This document shows, piece by piece, positions 1-9,991 of a DNA stretch of 31,350 nt (position 1 is its first letter; each line of letters opens with the position of its first letter). The notes beneath the pieces are model-generated. The model was given only the letters and a program-made list of their open reading frames with translations, was not told where the DNA came from and made no database searches. Location: NCBI GenBank assembly GCA_035285545.1, contig JAYKGY010000136.1, forward strand, positions 1 through 31,350. Direction: 5' to 3'. This DNA is from Snowella sp. (GTDB lineage Bacteria; Cyanobacteriota; Cyanobacteriia; Cyanobacteriales; Microcystaceae). The translations under genes were made by a program, and so were the position numbers.

Positions 1-286
1 GACTCATTTGAGAGATAGTTATCCGAGCATTTGCTAGGGAAATAACCGTCCACCTAGCTAGTGAAGTTAGCGTTCGCTAAAATGTACCAATTTCGTTCCT
101 ATTGACTTTTCGGATAGGCTCTTAATAATTCAAGACTTATTTTTCTTAACACTCAGCCATCATTAAAAGCTACAACCCAGAGTCTAGATTTTTTCCATCG
201 CATCAAACGAATCATATCTAAAATCAGCAATCGTCCTATTTTCAACACTTTCAAGTTTATCCAAGAAAGGACGACCGAAAAACGAT

Positions 287-292
287 TACAAT
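287..292 (+). promoter_or_regulatory. Putative -10 box (TACAAT) of lepA
   Basis: TACAAT ends 32 nt upstream of the lepA ATG; no clear -35, which is common in cyanobacteria. Confidence 0.45.
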
Positions 293-324
293 AGAAAAGC
301 CTTTTTGATGCTTGTGACTAACGC

Positions 325-2139
325 ATGACTGACGTTCCTGTTTCTAATATTCGTAATTTTTCGATTATTGCCCACATCGATCACGGGAAGTCTACCTTAG
401 CGGATCGGATGTTACAAATTACGGAAACGGTTCAACAACGAGAAATGAAAGAACAGTTTCTCGACAATATGGATTTGGAGCGAGAGCGGGGGATTACCAT
501 TAAATTACAGGCGGCTCGGATGAATTATCGGGCGAAAGATGGTCAAGACTACGTTTTAAATCTGATTGATACCCCAGGGCACGTTGATTTCTCCTATGAA
601 GTATCGCGATCGCTGGCGGCTTGTGAGGGAGCTTTATTAGTCGTGGATGCCACCCAAGGCGTAGAAGCCCAGACCTTGGCGAATGTTTACTTAGCTTTGG
701 ATAATAACTTAGAAATTATTCCGGTTTTAAACAAAATTGACTTACCCAGTGCGGAACCTGAGCGAATTGCCGCAGAAATTGAAGAAGTGGTGGGTTTGGA
801 TTGTAGCCAAATTATTAAAGCGTCGGCCAAAGCAGGAATTGGCATTGATGATATTTTAGAGTCCATCGTCCATTTAGTTCCGCCACCGGCTGATACGGTC
901 GATCAACCGCTACGGGCCTTGATTTTTGACAGTTACTATGATGCCTATCGAGGCGTGATCGTTTATTTTCGGGTCATGGATGGTCGGGTCAAAAAAGGCG
1001 ATCGCATTCGCTTAATGGCTTCAGGAAAGGAATACACCATTGATGAATTAGGGGTTTTATCTCCCACTCAAATTCAAGTAGACGAACTCCATGCCGGAGA
1101 AGTGGGCTATTTTGCTGCTGCCATTAAAGCTGTTGCCGATGCACGGGTGGGCGATACCATCACTTCAGCCGAAAAACCTGCCAAGGAGCCGTTACCGGGT
1201 TACACCGAAGCCGATCCGATGGTTTTCTGTGGGCTGTTCCCCATTGATGCCGACCAATATCCCGATCTGCGGGATGCTTTAGAAAAGCTGAAATTGAACG
1301 ATGCGGCTTTGTCCTATGAGCCTGAAACCTCTAGCGCGATGGGGTTTGGTTTCCGTTGTGGCTTTTTGGGACTGCTCCACATGGAAATTGTGCAGGAACG
1401 TTTAGAACGGGAATACAATCTCGACCTGATCACGACTGCGCCATCGGTAGTTTATCGAGTGACAACAACGGATGAAGAAATTATTGAAGTTGATAACCCC
1501 AGCTTGCTTCCTCCCGTGCAAAAACGGCTGAAATTGGAAGAACCCTACATTAAGGTGGAAATGATTACCCCAGAAACCTATGTGGGAACCTTAATGGAAC
1601 TCTGCCAGAACCGTCGCGGGGTGTTTGTGGACATGAAATACTTTACCCAAAGTCGGACGGCGTTGATTTACGAATTACCCTTAGCGGAAGTGGTAACGGA
1701 CTTTTTTGATCAGCTTAAATCCCGTTCTAGAGGCTATGCCAGCATGGAATATCAACTGATTGGTTATCGGGAAAACCATTTAGTGAAGTTGGATATTTTG
1801 GTTAACGGTGATCCAGTCGATGCGTTGGCTATGATTGTCCATCGGGATAAAGCCTATTATGTCGGTCGTGCTCTGACGGAAAAATTAAAAGAGTTAATTC
1901 CTCGCCATCAATTCAAAGTACCTATTCAAGCGGCCATTGGGTCTAAAGTGATTGCCAGTGAGCATATTCCCGCTTTACGCAAAGACGTGTTAGCTAAATG
2001 TTATGGGGGAGATATTTCCCGTAAGAAGAAATTGCTGCAAAAGCAAGCGAAAGGGAAAAAACGCATGAAATCGATTGGAACGGTGGATGTGCCCCAAGAA
2101 GCATTCATGGCGGTTCTCAAGTTGGATCAGCAGTCTTAA
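325..2139 (+). CDS. lepA: Elongation factor 4 (LepA)
   Basis: [21 protein letters not shown]-loop, [21 protein letters not shown] and the LepA C-terminal [14 protein letters not shown] motif. Confidence 0.99.
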   Translation: MTDVPVSNIRNFSIIAHIDHGKSTLADRMLQITETVQQREMKEQFLDNMDLERERGITIKLQAARMNYRAKDGQDYVLNLIDTPGHVDFSYEVSRSLAACEGALLVVDATQGVEAQTLANVYLALDNNLEIIPVLNKIDLPSAEPERIAAEIEEVVGLDCSQIIKASAKAGIGIDDILESIVHLVPPPADTVDQPLRALIFDSYYDAYRGVIVYFRVMDGRVKKGDRIRLMASGKEYTIDELGVLSPTQIQVDELHAGEVGYFAAAIKAVADARVGDTITSAEKPAKEPLPGYTEADPMVFCGLFPIDADQYPDLRDALEKLKLNDAALSYEPETSSAMGFGFRCGFLGLLHMEIVQERLEREYNLDLITTAPSVVYRVTTTDEEIIEVDNPSLLPPVQKRLKLEEPYIKVEMITPETYVGTLMELCQNRRGVFVDMKYFTQSRTALIYELPLAEVVTDFFDQLKSRSRGYASMEYQLIGYRENHLVKLDILVNGDPVDALAMIVHRDKAYYVGRALTEKLKELIPRHQFKVPIQAAIGSKVIASEHIPALRKDVLAKCYGGDISRKKKLLQKQAKGKKRMKSIGTVDVPQEAFMAVLKLDQQS

Positions 2140-3596
2140 CGGCCATTGCTTTGTTTAATGGTGGCGATCGCGCGTCTACGAATTTCTAAGATTTGGCCAA
2201 TTTCCCTTGCAAAACTGGGCTGACGTTCGATCATTTGATTAATCACCGCTAACGAGAGGGTCATGACTTCTAGATCTCCTACCGCCGCAATGGACACCGG
2301 ACTCGTTTCTCCTGAAAAAAGAGCCATTTCACCAAAAAACTCGCCAATGTTTAAGGGTAAAACGTCTTGCTCTTGGCCTTGGAGATCGGTGGTGAGTAAT
2401 TTGGCCTGACCCGAAACAATGATATAAAGGGCATGACCTTCATCACCTTCTTTGACAATATATTCCCCTGCGCCAAAATGTTGCAACAGCATTCCATCAG
2501 AGGTGTTGTGTAACGGCTGCGGTTCTTTATTTAAAGGCACAAAGGCGGGGATAGACTGCAAACTTTCCGCGACTTTTTGAGACTGTTGTTTGGCTTGCAC
2601 TGTGGGCCCGTTGTAGTGGTAAACCGTGCGAATGGGAAAGGGAATGACTAATTGATTCCGTTGAGCCGCATACCAAACCCTGGTAACAAAGCGATCGCGG
2701 ATTTCTTCTAATTGGGCATAATCTTCAATAAAAAATTTCACTTCGTAGGTAATGGCAAAATCATCATAGGAAATGGTGAAAACCTGCGGTTCAGGATCAT
2801 TTAAAACGCCTTCGGTGGCGATGGCTGTACTTTTTAAAATTTGCTTGGCGAGATTCGGTGCATCTTGGTAGGAAAAACCCACTCGAAACCGTTCTGCATG
2901 AAGACGGACGGGTTGATTAAAGTTGCGTACCATTTCCCCACTGATCAGCTTATGGGGGATGACGATCATTTCCCGCTCTAGGGTTTGTAAGCGCACGGCA
3001 CGCCAGTTAATGTCAATGACTTGGCCGACAATATCGCCCACTTTTAACCAATCTCCTACGGAAAACGGGCGTTCAAACAGCAGGGCAATCCCCGACATGA
3101 CGCTTCCCAGGGTATCTTGAAGGGCTAAAGCAATCACAATCGAACTGACCCCCAAAGCCGTTGCTAAGCCTGCTAAGTCTGCATTCCAAACATTGGCTAA
3201 AACAATGGCACTCCCCACCAGAATCAGAAATAGCCGCAACAGATCAATTAAAAGTTTGGGAACCCGCGATCGCCAGGTATTGCTTTGAGCCTGTTCAAAT
3301 AAAATGACATTTAAGAGGGATAGGCTGGCATGAATGAGGCAGACCCAAAAGAGCGTTTGTACGGCTTTGACGAGGGAACTACTCAGATCCAGTTGCAATA
3401 CCTTCTGCATAAACAGCAACAAGGCCAACACAGGAACAACTAAGTTACGAAGAATAACAAGGGTGGCAGCTAAGGGCCGATCGCGGCGTTGATAACGATG
3501 GATGAGTTCTCCCAAGACCAAAATGAGAACAGGAAAAATAACCATTAAGGCGATCGCCCAGGGGAGGATCAAACTTTGAGACCCAGCATGATTCAT
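2136..3596 (-). CDS. MscS-family mechanosensitive channel with C-terminal cyclic-nucleotide-binding (CAP_ED) domain
   Basis: N-terminal TM helices; MscS signature [30 protein letters not shown]-terminal [14 protein letters not shown]...FFGEMAL; 4-bp convergent overlap with lepA. Confidence 0.92.
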   Translation of the reverse strand: MNHAGSQSLILPWAIALMVIFPVLILVLGELIHRYQRRDRPLAATLVILRNLVVPVLALLLFMQKVLQLDLSSSLVKAVQTLFWVCLIHASLSLLNVILFEQAQSNTWRSRVPKLLIDLLRLFLILVGSAIVLANVWNADLAGLATALGVSSIVIALALQDTLGSVMSGIALLFERPFSVGDWLKVGDIVGQVIDINWRAVRLQTLEREMIVIPHKLISGEMVRNFNQPVRLHAERFRVGFSYQDAPNLAKQILKSTAIATEGVLNDPEPQVFTISYDDFAITYEVKFFIEDYAQLEEIRDRFVTRVWYAAQRNQLVIPFPIRTVYHYNGPTVQAKQQSQKVAESLQSIPAFVPLNKEPQPLHNTSDGMLLQHFGAGEYIVKEGDEGHALYIIVSGQAKLLTTDLQGQEQDVLPLNIGEFFGEMALFSGETSPVSIAAVGDLEVMTLSLAVINQMIERQPSFAREIGQILEIRRRAIATIKQSNGR

Positions 3597-3857
3597 AAAT
3601 TAACGCGATGTGCAACTAAAACTAAAAGGAACTAACCCAGACTTTTTTACTTTCCGATAGTTTGTTATCTCCGTCTCCTGACTCTACCCATAGGGAAGTG
3701 GTCGAGATTACGGGTAAAAGTAAAGCCACTATCGATAAAACGCGATCGCCGAAAAGTTAACTCTTAAAATTTTCGTTGATTTTTTACTAATTTTGATTGA
3801 TTCTGTTAGCGTTAGTAAAGATAAATCGCATTGATTCCTGAAGAGGTGAGACTCATT

Positions 3858-3953
3858 ATGACGACTGATCAACTGTTAATGCTGGTAGTTTTGCTAATTC
3901 CTGGTATTTTGCTCTCAGCCCTAGTCTTAGGAAGTTTTGCTAAGGGCGGTTAA
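3858..3953 (+). CDS. norf4: 31-aa single-TM microprotein, probable Norf4 homolog (MTTDQLLMLVVLLIPGILLSALVLGSFAKGG)
   Basis: Read from DNA, not in ORF track; GAGGTGAG Shine-Dalgarno at 3843-3850; hydrophobic helix; followed by a terminator; length and sequence match my recollection of Synechocystis Norf4 (symbol from memory). Confidence 0.8.
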   Translation: MTTDQLLMLVVLLIPGILLSALVLGSFAKGG

Positions 3954-3967
3954 TTCTAGACACGGCT

Positions 3968-4018
3968 AAGCAGTGAGTAGTAAAGAATGGTTTGAGACTA
4001 GTTACTGCTCACTGTTTT
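3968..4018 (+). terminator. Hairpin terminator between the Norf4-like gene and the convergent DUF760 gene
   Basis: AAGCAGTGAGTAGTAA ... TTACTGCTCACTGTTTT inverted repeat with G-U pairs, ending in a T run. Confidence 0.7.
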
Positions 4019-4041
4019 AATGGATACAACATAAAGAGGGA

Positions 4042-4395
4042 TTAACTATCTTGAGGCTTAAACGGCTTGGATTTAAAGGAATCCGATTGGCGAAAATTGC
4101 TTTCTAAATTTTTACGGTTTTCTACTTGTCCTAAAAAATAACCTGTCATCATTGCTGAGGCCAAAAGATTGGCTAAATTTTCTCGATCAGTGCTGATTTG
4201 AATATGAAAGTCGCCTGAAGGAAGCATTCCGACCAAACCTTGGACATTTTGTGTAATAATTTCCTTGATTTCAGGGCTGGCAGATTGAGCAATCCAGGCG
4301 AGGGTTTCGGGATGTTGCTGCTGTAGGTATTGAATCAACGTGTTGGTTTCTTGTTCTTCAGGTTCCGAGGTAAAAAAATCAAAGTTAAATACCAT
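4042..4395 (-). CDS. DUF760 domain protein
   Basis: LIQYLQQQHPE...SASPEIKEIITQNVQGLVG...RENLANLLASAMMTGYFL motif; typical position after scpB. Confidence 0.9.
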   Translation of the reverse strand: MVFNFDFFTSEPEEQETNTLIQYLQQQHPETLAWIAQSASPEIKEIITQNVQGLVGMLPSGDFHIQISTDRENLANLLASAMMTGYFLGQVENRKNLESNFRQSDSFKSKPFKPQDS

Positions 4396-4480
4396 TCTTT
4401 AATTTCCTAAGTTAATTTTGGACATTGCTTCCGATCTTATCTTCCCACTATAGCGGTTCCTCCTAGAAAGTGGGTTACTT

Positions 4481-4954
4481 TTATTCCAATTTTAGTGAGA
4501 GTTTGTCAATCTCAAAATATTGATGAAATTTGTCAGTTATTTCCAGCCAGTAAGATCTTCCCTCTGTTTGGCGGCGTTTTCTTACAAATCCGAGTTCTAC
4601 TAATTCCTGAATGTGTTGGTAGGCACTACTGCCCCGTAGGTTAATTAAATCAGTTTGCAAGATGGGGGATTTTAGCGCGATCGCGGCAAGGGTGCGGAGA
4701 CTGCCGGTTCCTAATTCAGCAGGAATAAAGGCTTGAATGAGATTTTGAAAGGTTGAACGCAATTGTAGACTATAGCCTGTTTCCGTTTCGATAACTTCTA
4801 GGGCACTGTCTCGGTGAGCGTAATCATCCATTAATTCAATGAGAGCTTCTTCTACTTCAGCGCGATCGCAGTTGGTAGATTCGGCTAATTCAGCAATCGA
4901 AAGGGGTTGACCTTTTAAATATAAAATGGCTTCAATTTTGGTGGCTAATCTCAT
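4481..4954 (-). CDS. scpB: SMC-Scp complex subunit ScpB
   Basis: KIEAILYLKGQPLS, LRTLAAIALKSPILQTDLINLRGS, ITDKFHQYF motifs. Confidence 0.93.
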   Translation of the reverse strand: MRLATKIEAILYLKGQPLSIAELAESTNCDRAEVEEALIELMDDYAHRDSALEVIETETGYSLQLRSTFQNLIQAFIPAELGTGSLRTLAAIALKSPILQTDLINLRGSSAYQHIQELVELGFVRKRRQTEGRSYWLEITDKFHQYFEIDKLSLKLE

Positions 4955-5174
4955 GTAACGGGACTAAAAATCGTTTTTGTTGTTAAATTAATCGCTGGCA
5001 TCTAGTGTAATTTTTTTCTCCCCGTAAATAAAAATTTTTCTGGTCAGGCGAGCATTGATCACTATGCCCAACAGAATTCGTCAGAGTGTCGTTAATTGGA
5101 CTGATTCCGAGATATCGGTAGCAGTCTAACGGATTACTGCTTAAGACCTAAATGCTTAAGATTTGAATACGGTA

Positions 5175-5247
<73 letters not shown>

Positions 5248-5265
5248 GTTTTTTCATGCTTAATC

Positions 5266-5294
5266 AGCATAACAAAGATAGCAGCGTTTGACAA
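5266..5294 (-). promoter_or_regulatory. Sigma70-type promoter of tRNA-Phe
   Basis: Minus strand TTGTCA-17 nt-TATGCT with extended TG, ending 18 nt upstream of the tRNA. Confidence 0.7.
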
Positions 5295-5349
5295 GACTTC
5301 GCTCCCACAATTTCTAATTCTTTTTTGCCTGAGCCATAATGTGAAAAAA

Positions 5350-5397
5350 TGCGCTGAAGGCTTACGCTAAGATAGTTTTATAATTGCGCTGAAGGCT
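5350..5397 (+). repeat. 13-bp direct repeat TGCGCTGAAGGCT x2 around a TATAAT box upstream of ftsH
   Basis: Exact copies at 5350-5362 and 5385-5397; TATAAT at 5379-5384. Confidence 0.8.
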
Positions 5398-5443
5398 CGT
5401 TTTTTAGCTAGAAAATTCAAAAAAGAGAACTCGAAACAGTTTT

Positions 5444-7426
5444 ATGAATTTAAATCGGAAAAATACCTTTAAACGATTCAATTTGTTGCCTTTCGGAAGT
5501 TTACTCCTGGCAGGGGCGGGGGTTCTCTTTTTGATTGCGCTGTTTTGGCCGCGTACTTCGGAACAAATTCCCCTCCAACCCTACAGCCAATTCTTGAATG
5601 AAGTGGAACAGGGACGAGTGAATCGGGTAAAAGTGGGTGATAGATTAATTTTGTATCAACTGAAGCGATCGCCGCTACAACCGACCGAGGATTTTTTAAG
5701 GCTGCCCCAAAGTCCCCTTCGTTCAACGGATGAATCCAATAATCCTTTTCATTTTTTAGGAAAAACGGAACAGCCCCCTCAACAGACCCTAGAAAATGAG
5801 CAAGGGCAAATATTCGGAACTATTCCCATTAATGATCCCCAATTACCTGAGCGATTGCAAAAAAAAGGGGTGATTTTTGAAGCGCAACCGACTCCTGAAC
5901 CGAGTTGGCTCGTCACCTTACTTGCTTGGGTGATTCCGCCCTTAATTTTGGTCTTTGCCATGCAGTTTCTCCTATATCGGGGCGAAGAAAAGCATTCGTT
6001 AGCCTTTGGAAAAAGCAAGGCCAAAATTTACATCGAAGGAGAATCGGAAAAAATCACCTTTGTGGATGTGGCGGGCGCAGAGGAAGCGAAGGCGGAATTA
6101 GTGGAAATTGTCGAATTTCTCAAAAATCCTGACAGGTTTAGTCGGATTGGGGCGAGGATTCCCAAAGGAGTTTTATTGGTTGGCCCACCAGGGACAGGGA
6201 AAACGTTGTTGGCAAAAGCCGTTGCGGGGGAAGCAGGGGTAACGTTTTTTAGTATTTCGGCTTCGGAATTTGTGGAATTGTTTGTCGGGACAGGGGCCGC
6301 ACGGGTTCGAGATTTATTTGAACAGGCTAAGCAGCAAGCCCCTTGCATTATTTTTATTGACGAGTTGGACGCGATCGGCAAATCTCGCAGTGGCGGGCAG
6401 ACTTCGAGTGGGAGCAATGATGAGCGAGAACAAACGCTCAATCAACTGTTAACGGAAATGGATGGCTTTAATGCGGGGGATTCGACCGTGATTGTTTTAG
6501 CGGCAACGAATCGACCGGAAACGCTGGATCCGGCTTTGCTACGCCCTGGACGCTTTGATCGACAAGTATTAGTTGATCGCCCCGATTTAGCCGGACGGTT
6601 AGCCATTTTAAATATCTATGCCCAAAAGATTCAGCTTGAAGACGGTGTGGATTTAAAAAGTATTGCGACCCAAACCCCCGGATTTGCAGGGGCCGATTTA
6701 GCCAATTTGGTGAATGAGGCGGCGTTGTTGGCAGCGAGAAATCAACGAGAGAAGGTTATCTTAGCGGATTTTCAAGAGGCTATTGAACGCATTGTGGCAG
6801 GATTGGAAAAGAAAAGCCGTGTCCTTTCGGAACAAGAAAAAAAGATTGTGGCTTATCATGAAGTTGGCCACGCGATCGTGGGGGCAGTCATGCCTGGAGG
6901 CGGCAAGGTGTCTAAAATTTCCATCGTCCCTCGTGGTTTAGCGGCCTTAGGTTATACCCTCAAGTTACCGACGGAAGATCGATTTTTGATGACGGAGCAG
7001 GAATTTCGTCAACAGATCGCCATGTTGTTGGGGGGGAGAGCCGCAGAGCAATTAATTTTTCAGCAAGTGACTAATGGGGCTTCGGATGATCTGCAACGGG
7101 CAACGGATATTGCGGAGCAAATGGTAACGCTCTATGGTATGAGCCAGGTATTGGGGCCCTTGGCCTATGAAAAACGGGCATCGAATAACTTTTTAGGGAA
7201 TAATGGTTACGGCAATCTTCGACGTTCCTTGAGTGAGGAGACGGGAAAAGCGATCGATGAGGAAGTCAAACAAATTGTTAGTAATGGTTATGAACAAGCT
7301 TTGCAAATTTTAGAGAATAATCGAGATTTATTAGAAACGATGACGAGCCGCTTATTAAAAACGGAAATTCTGGAAAGGGATGAGTTACAATCGTTACTCA
7401 ATCAGGTGCTTCCTTGGGAAGAATGA
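5444..7426 (+). CDS. ftsH: ATP-dependent zinc metalloprotease FtsH (FtsH4-like)
   Basis: Two TM helices, Walker A GPPGTGKT, Walker [25 protein letters not shown] zinc motif; the GLEKKSRVL and ALGYT motifs suggest the FtsH4 clade. Confidence 0.97.
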   Translation: MNLNRKNTFKRFNLLPFGSLLLAGAGVLFLIALFWPRTSEQIPLQPYSQFLNEVEQGRVNRVKVGDRLILYQLKRSPLQPTEDFLRLPQSPLRSTDESNNPFHFLGKTEQPPQQTLENEQGQIFGTIPINDPQLPERLQKKGVIFEAQPTPEPSWLVTLLAWVIPPLILVFAMQFLLYRGEEKHSLAFGKSKAKIYIEGESEKITFVDVAGAEEAKAELVEIVEFLKNPDRFSRIGARIPKGVLLVGPPGTGKTLLAKAVAGEAGVTFFSISASEFVELFVGTGAARVRDLFEQAKQQAPCIIFIDELDAIGKSRSGGQTSSGSNDEREQTLNQLLTEMDGFNAGDSTVIVLAATNRPETLDPALLRPGRFDRQVLVDRPDLAGRLAILNIYAQKIQLEDGVDLKSIATQTPGFAGADLANLVNEAALLAARNQREKVILADFQEAIERIVAGLEKKSRVLSEQEKKIVAYHEVGHAIVGAVMPGGGKVSKISIVPRGLAALGYTLKLPTEDRFLMTEQEFRQQIAMLLGGRAAEQLIFQQVTNGASDDLQRATDIAEQMVTLYGMSQVLGPLAYEKRASNNFLGNNGYGNLRRSLSEETGKAIDEEVKQIVSNGYEQALQILENNRDLLETMTSRLLKTEILERDELQSLLNQVLPWEE

Positions 7427-7487
7427 AAAAGCGACTGATACAATAAAATTAAACAGTTTCCTATCGTTAACTTGACGCTTGGATATT

Positions 7488-7685
7488 ATGGGTGGAATTA
7501 TTGGATTTGTTTTAGCGGTTGTTTATGTTGGCGGAATCTGGCGGTTTTTATCGGGTTATTCCCGCACCAACTTTAATCGAGGTTTACCGACTAAGTTGAC
7601 ACTTTCTTTACTTTGGCCTGCGTTGTTAGTGATTAATCCTGCCTATCGTAAGAATTTTCAAAAAGCATTGAAAGGGAGGAATTAA
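7488..7685 (+). CDS. Small hypothetical membrane protein (two hydrophobic segments, basic C-terminus)
   Basis: ATG at 7488 preferred over TTG at 7479; the GIWRFLSGYSRTNF..LSLLWP..YRKNFQKALKG pattern looks like a conserved cyanobacterial small protein. Confidence 0.75.
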   Translation: MGGIIGFVLAVVYVGGIWRFLSGYSRTNFNRGLPTKLTLSLLWPALLVINPAYRKNFQKALKGRN

Positions 7686-7726
7686 AATCAACGTATTCAC
7701 TTTTCTATAATGAGGATTTATTCACT

Positions 7727-7993
7727 ATGACAACAACGTTTGAAAGTGATTTAAAAGAACTCTTAGGTGAAATTAAGCAACAACTTCATGGTATCCAAAA
7801 AGACGTAACAGAACTTAAAGTTAGTCAAACTGAAATACGGGGTGACATTAAGGTTTTAGATGAGAAAATTACAGGTATTGGAAAACGTTTAGAAAATCAG
7901 GAATTCATTGGGCGTAGTATTTTTGTGGGAATTATTTTTGCCCTTTTAGTGGGTGCCGTAAAGTTATTATTTAGTTTGCCTAATAGCCCTTAA
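7727..7993 (+). CDS. Small coiled-coil protein with C-terminal TM anchor (DUF4164/XhlA-like)
   Basis: Heptad-rich IQKDVTELKVSQTEIRGDIKVLDEK, RLENQEF, then a TM helix; GAGGA SD upstream. Confidence 0.75.
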   Translation: MTTTFESDLKELLGEIKQQLHGIQKDVTELKVSQTEIRGDIKVLDEKITGIGKRLENQEFIGRSIFVGIIFALLVGAVKLLFSLPNSP

Positions 7994-8018
7994 ACGTTAA
8001 TTTGAGTGTTGATAATAA

Positions 8019-9008
8019 ATGCCTGTTTATTTTTTTTGGGGAGAGGATGATTTTACCTTAAATCAAGCGGTGGCCCATTTGCGCGATCGCGTTTTAGATC
8101 CCAACTGGGCTTCTTTTAATTTTGAAAAAATCCCCGGAGAGCAGGCAGACGCTACCCAACAGGCTTTAAGTCAGGCCATGACTCCTCCTTTTGGTTTCGG
8201 CGATCGCTTAGTGTGGGTGGTAGAATCCACCTTGGGACAACAATGTCCTGACCCCTTATTGGCTAAATTAAAAGAAATCTTTTCCAGCATTCCGACGAAT
8301 AGCCATTTATTATTTACCTCCAGTAAAAAGCCGGATGGCCGTCTTAAATCGACTAAACTATTTCAAGATTTGGCCCAAGTTAAAGAATTTTCTTTAATTT
8401 CTCCTTGGAAGACCGAAGAATTAGTTTTACAAATTCAGCAAATTGCTCAGGATTTAGCGATAAAATTAACCCCGAATGCCCAACAGTTGCTGGCGGAATC
8501 CTTGGGAAATAATACGCGACAAATTTGGAATGAATTAAAAAAATTAAAGCTTTATAACGAAGGAAAAAATCAAACCTTAGATACGGATACGGTCACCCTA
8601 TTAATCAATGCCAGTACCCAAAATAGCCTACAACTGGCTGAAGCGATTCGTCAGGGGAATGGGGAAACCGCTTTGCGGTTAGTGGCGGAATTACTGGCTC
8701 GTAATGAACCTGCATTAAAAATTGTTGCCACCTTAGTCGGTCAATTTCGGACGTGGACAGCCATTAAAATTTGTCTGGAATCGGGAGAAAAAGATGAAAA
8801 AGTTATTGCAGCCGCCGCAGAATTATCCAATCCCAAACGACTCTACTTTTTACGCAAAGAATTACAGACCATTACGGGTAAACAATTATTAGCGAGCTTA
8901 CCCCTCTTATTAGCTTTAGAATTTCAACTTAAACGGGGTGCAGAACCGTTATCCTGTTTACAAACCAAAGTGTTAGAATTATGCCAAATCTTTTCTCACC
9001 AAAAGTAG
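8019..9008 (+). CDS. holA: DNA polymerase III subunit delta
   Basis: MPVYFFWGEDDF, QAMTPPFGFGDRLV, KPDGRLKSTK, NEPALKIVATLVGQFRTW. Confidence 0.95.
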   Translation: MPVYFFWGEDDFTLNQAVAHLRDRVLDPNWASFNFEKIPGEQADATQQALSQAMTPPFGFGDRLVWVVESTLGQQCPDPLLAKLKEIFSSIPTNSHLLFTSSKKPDGRLKSTKLFQDLAQVKEFSLISPWKTEELVLQIQQIAQDLAIKLTPNAQQLLAESLGNNTRQIWNELKKLKLYNEGKNQTLDTDTVTLLINASTQNSLQLAEAIRQGNGETALRLVAELLARNEPALKIVATLVGQFRTWTAIKICLESGEKDEKVIAAAAELSNPKRLYFLRKELQTITGKQLLASLPLLLALEFQLKRGAEPLSCLQTKVLELCQIFSHQK

Positions 9009-9947
9009 CGATCGCGGTTTTGAAGTGGGTTCGGGTTCTTGTTCAAAAAAGGGTTGAATAAAATCGATTAAGACTTCCCAGGCGTGTTTTTCAGAAAAAA
9101 TATTAATTCCCAGGGCACTTTTAAATAGATATAACAAGAGTAAAAGACTCACTAAACTCGTGGAAAATAACCCAAAAGAGATAAAAGTATTGGGTTTATT
9201 ATTGGGAGAATTGAGAAAATAGCCCTGTGCTCCCTGTATCCCCAATTTCCTAACAAGGGTGAGCATCGGTAAATTATCAATGCCTTTCGCAATACAGTGA
9301 CGATTAAATAAGCGATTGGTTTTGATCAAGGCACTGGCTAATAATTGCTGTTTATGAGACTGGAGTTGAGCGGTTAAATCTCGGTCTAGCTTAATCTGAT
9401 CAATGGGTAACACTTGCCATTGTTGTAAAGAAAAATACGCCCCCGTGCAACTATCTAATACGACTGAACAGCCGAGTTTTTTAAGCGTTTGCATAAAGGC
9501 TAAAGCGGTTGAAAAATTTTTTTGTACCCAGATTTCCGGTAATTCAAAACTTAAACGTTTCGGATCGACTTGAGCTTGGGTTAGGCGATCGCGGACATAC
9601 CCTAAAAAGTCAGGATCTTCTAGAACTTCAGCCGACAAATTCACCGAAAGAATGACATCTCGTTGTTCAACCAGAATATCAATCGCTTTAGCCACCACAA
9701 TCCGGTCTAATTGCCACAATAATTTTGTTCCTTGTAAATAGGAAAACAATTCCTGCGGTGATTTTAAATTGCCTTTCTTATCTCGCCATCGGACTAACAC
9801 TTCATTGTGAATCACTTTTCCCGTTTCCAATTCATAGACGGGCTGAAACCACAACACAAATTTATCCGCAATTAACTGAACCTCCGGTAAACCCTCAAGG
9901 GATAAATCGACATGAACCGTTGCATCAGGATCAAAGGCAGATTGCAT
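8979..9947 (-). CDS. Degenerate EAL-domain protein with C-terminal TM helix
   Basis: FQP..EVLVRW, SVNLS, FELPE, IKLDR and QGYF retained; DDFGTG replaced by LDSCTGA and AEGVE by AKGID; hydrophobic C-terminal helix. Confidence 0.88.
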   Translation of the reverse strand: MQSAFDPDATVHVDLSLEGLPEVQLIADKFVLWFQPVYELETGKVIHNEVLVRWRDKKGNLKSPQELFSYLQGTKLLWQLDRIVVAKAIDILVEQRDVILSVNLSAEVLEDPDFLGYVRDRLTQAQVDPKRLSFELPEIWVQKNFSTALAFMQTLKKLGCSVVLDSCTGAYFSLQQWQVLPIDQIKLDRDLTAQLQSHKQQLLASALIKTNRLFNRHCIAKGIDNLPMLTLVRKLGIQGAQGYFLNSPNNKPNTFISFGLFSTSLVSLLLLLYLFKSALGINIFSEKHAWEVLIDFIQPFFEQEPEPTSKPRSLLLVRKDLA

Positions 9948-9991
9948 GAAAACTCAGTTGATTGAATCAGAAATTTAATCAAAAATTTAGT

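Noticed and set aside
159..174. TGTAGCTTTTAATGAT (minus strand), which shares 10 nt with the NtcA box at 22956
   Set aside because: The second half-site TAC is absent; could be chance in AT-rich DNA
3720..3733. GTA-N8-ATC near-NtcA site upstream of the Norf4-like gene
   Set aside because: Imperfect match, and 31 nt from the nearest TAAAAT rather than about 22
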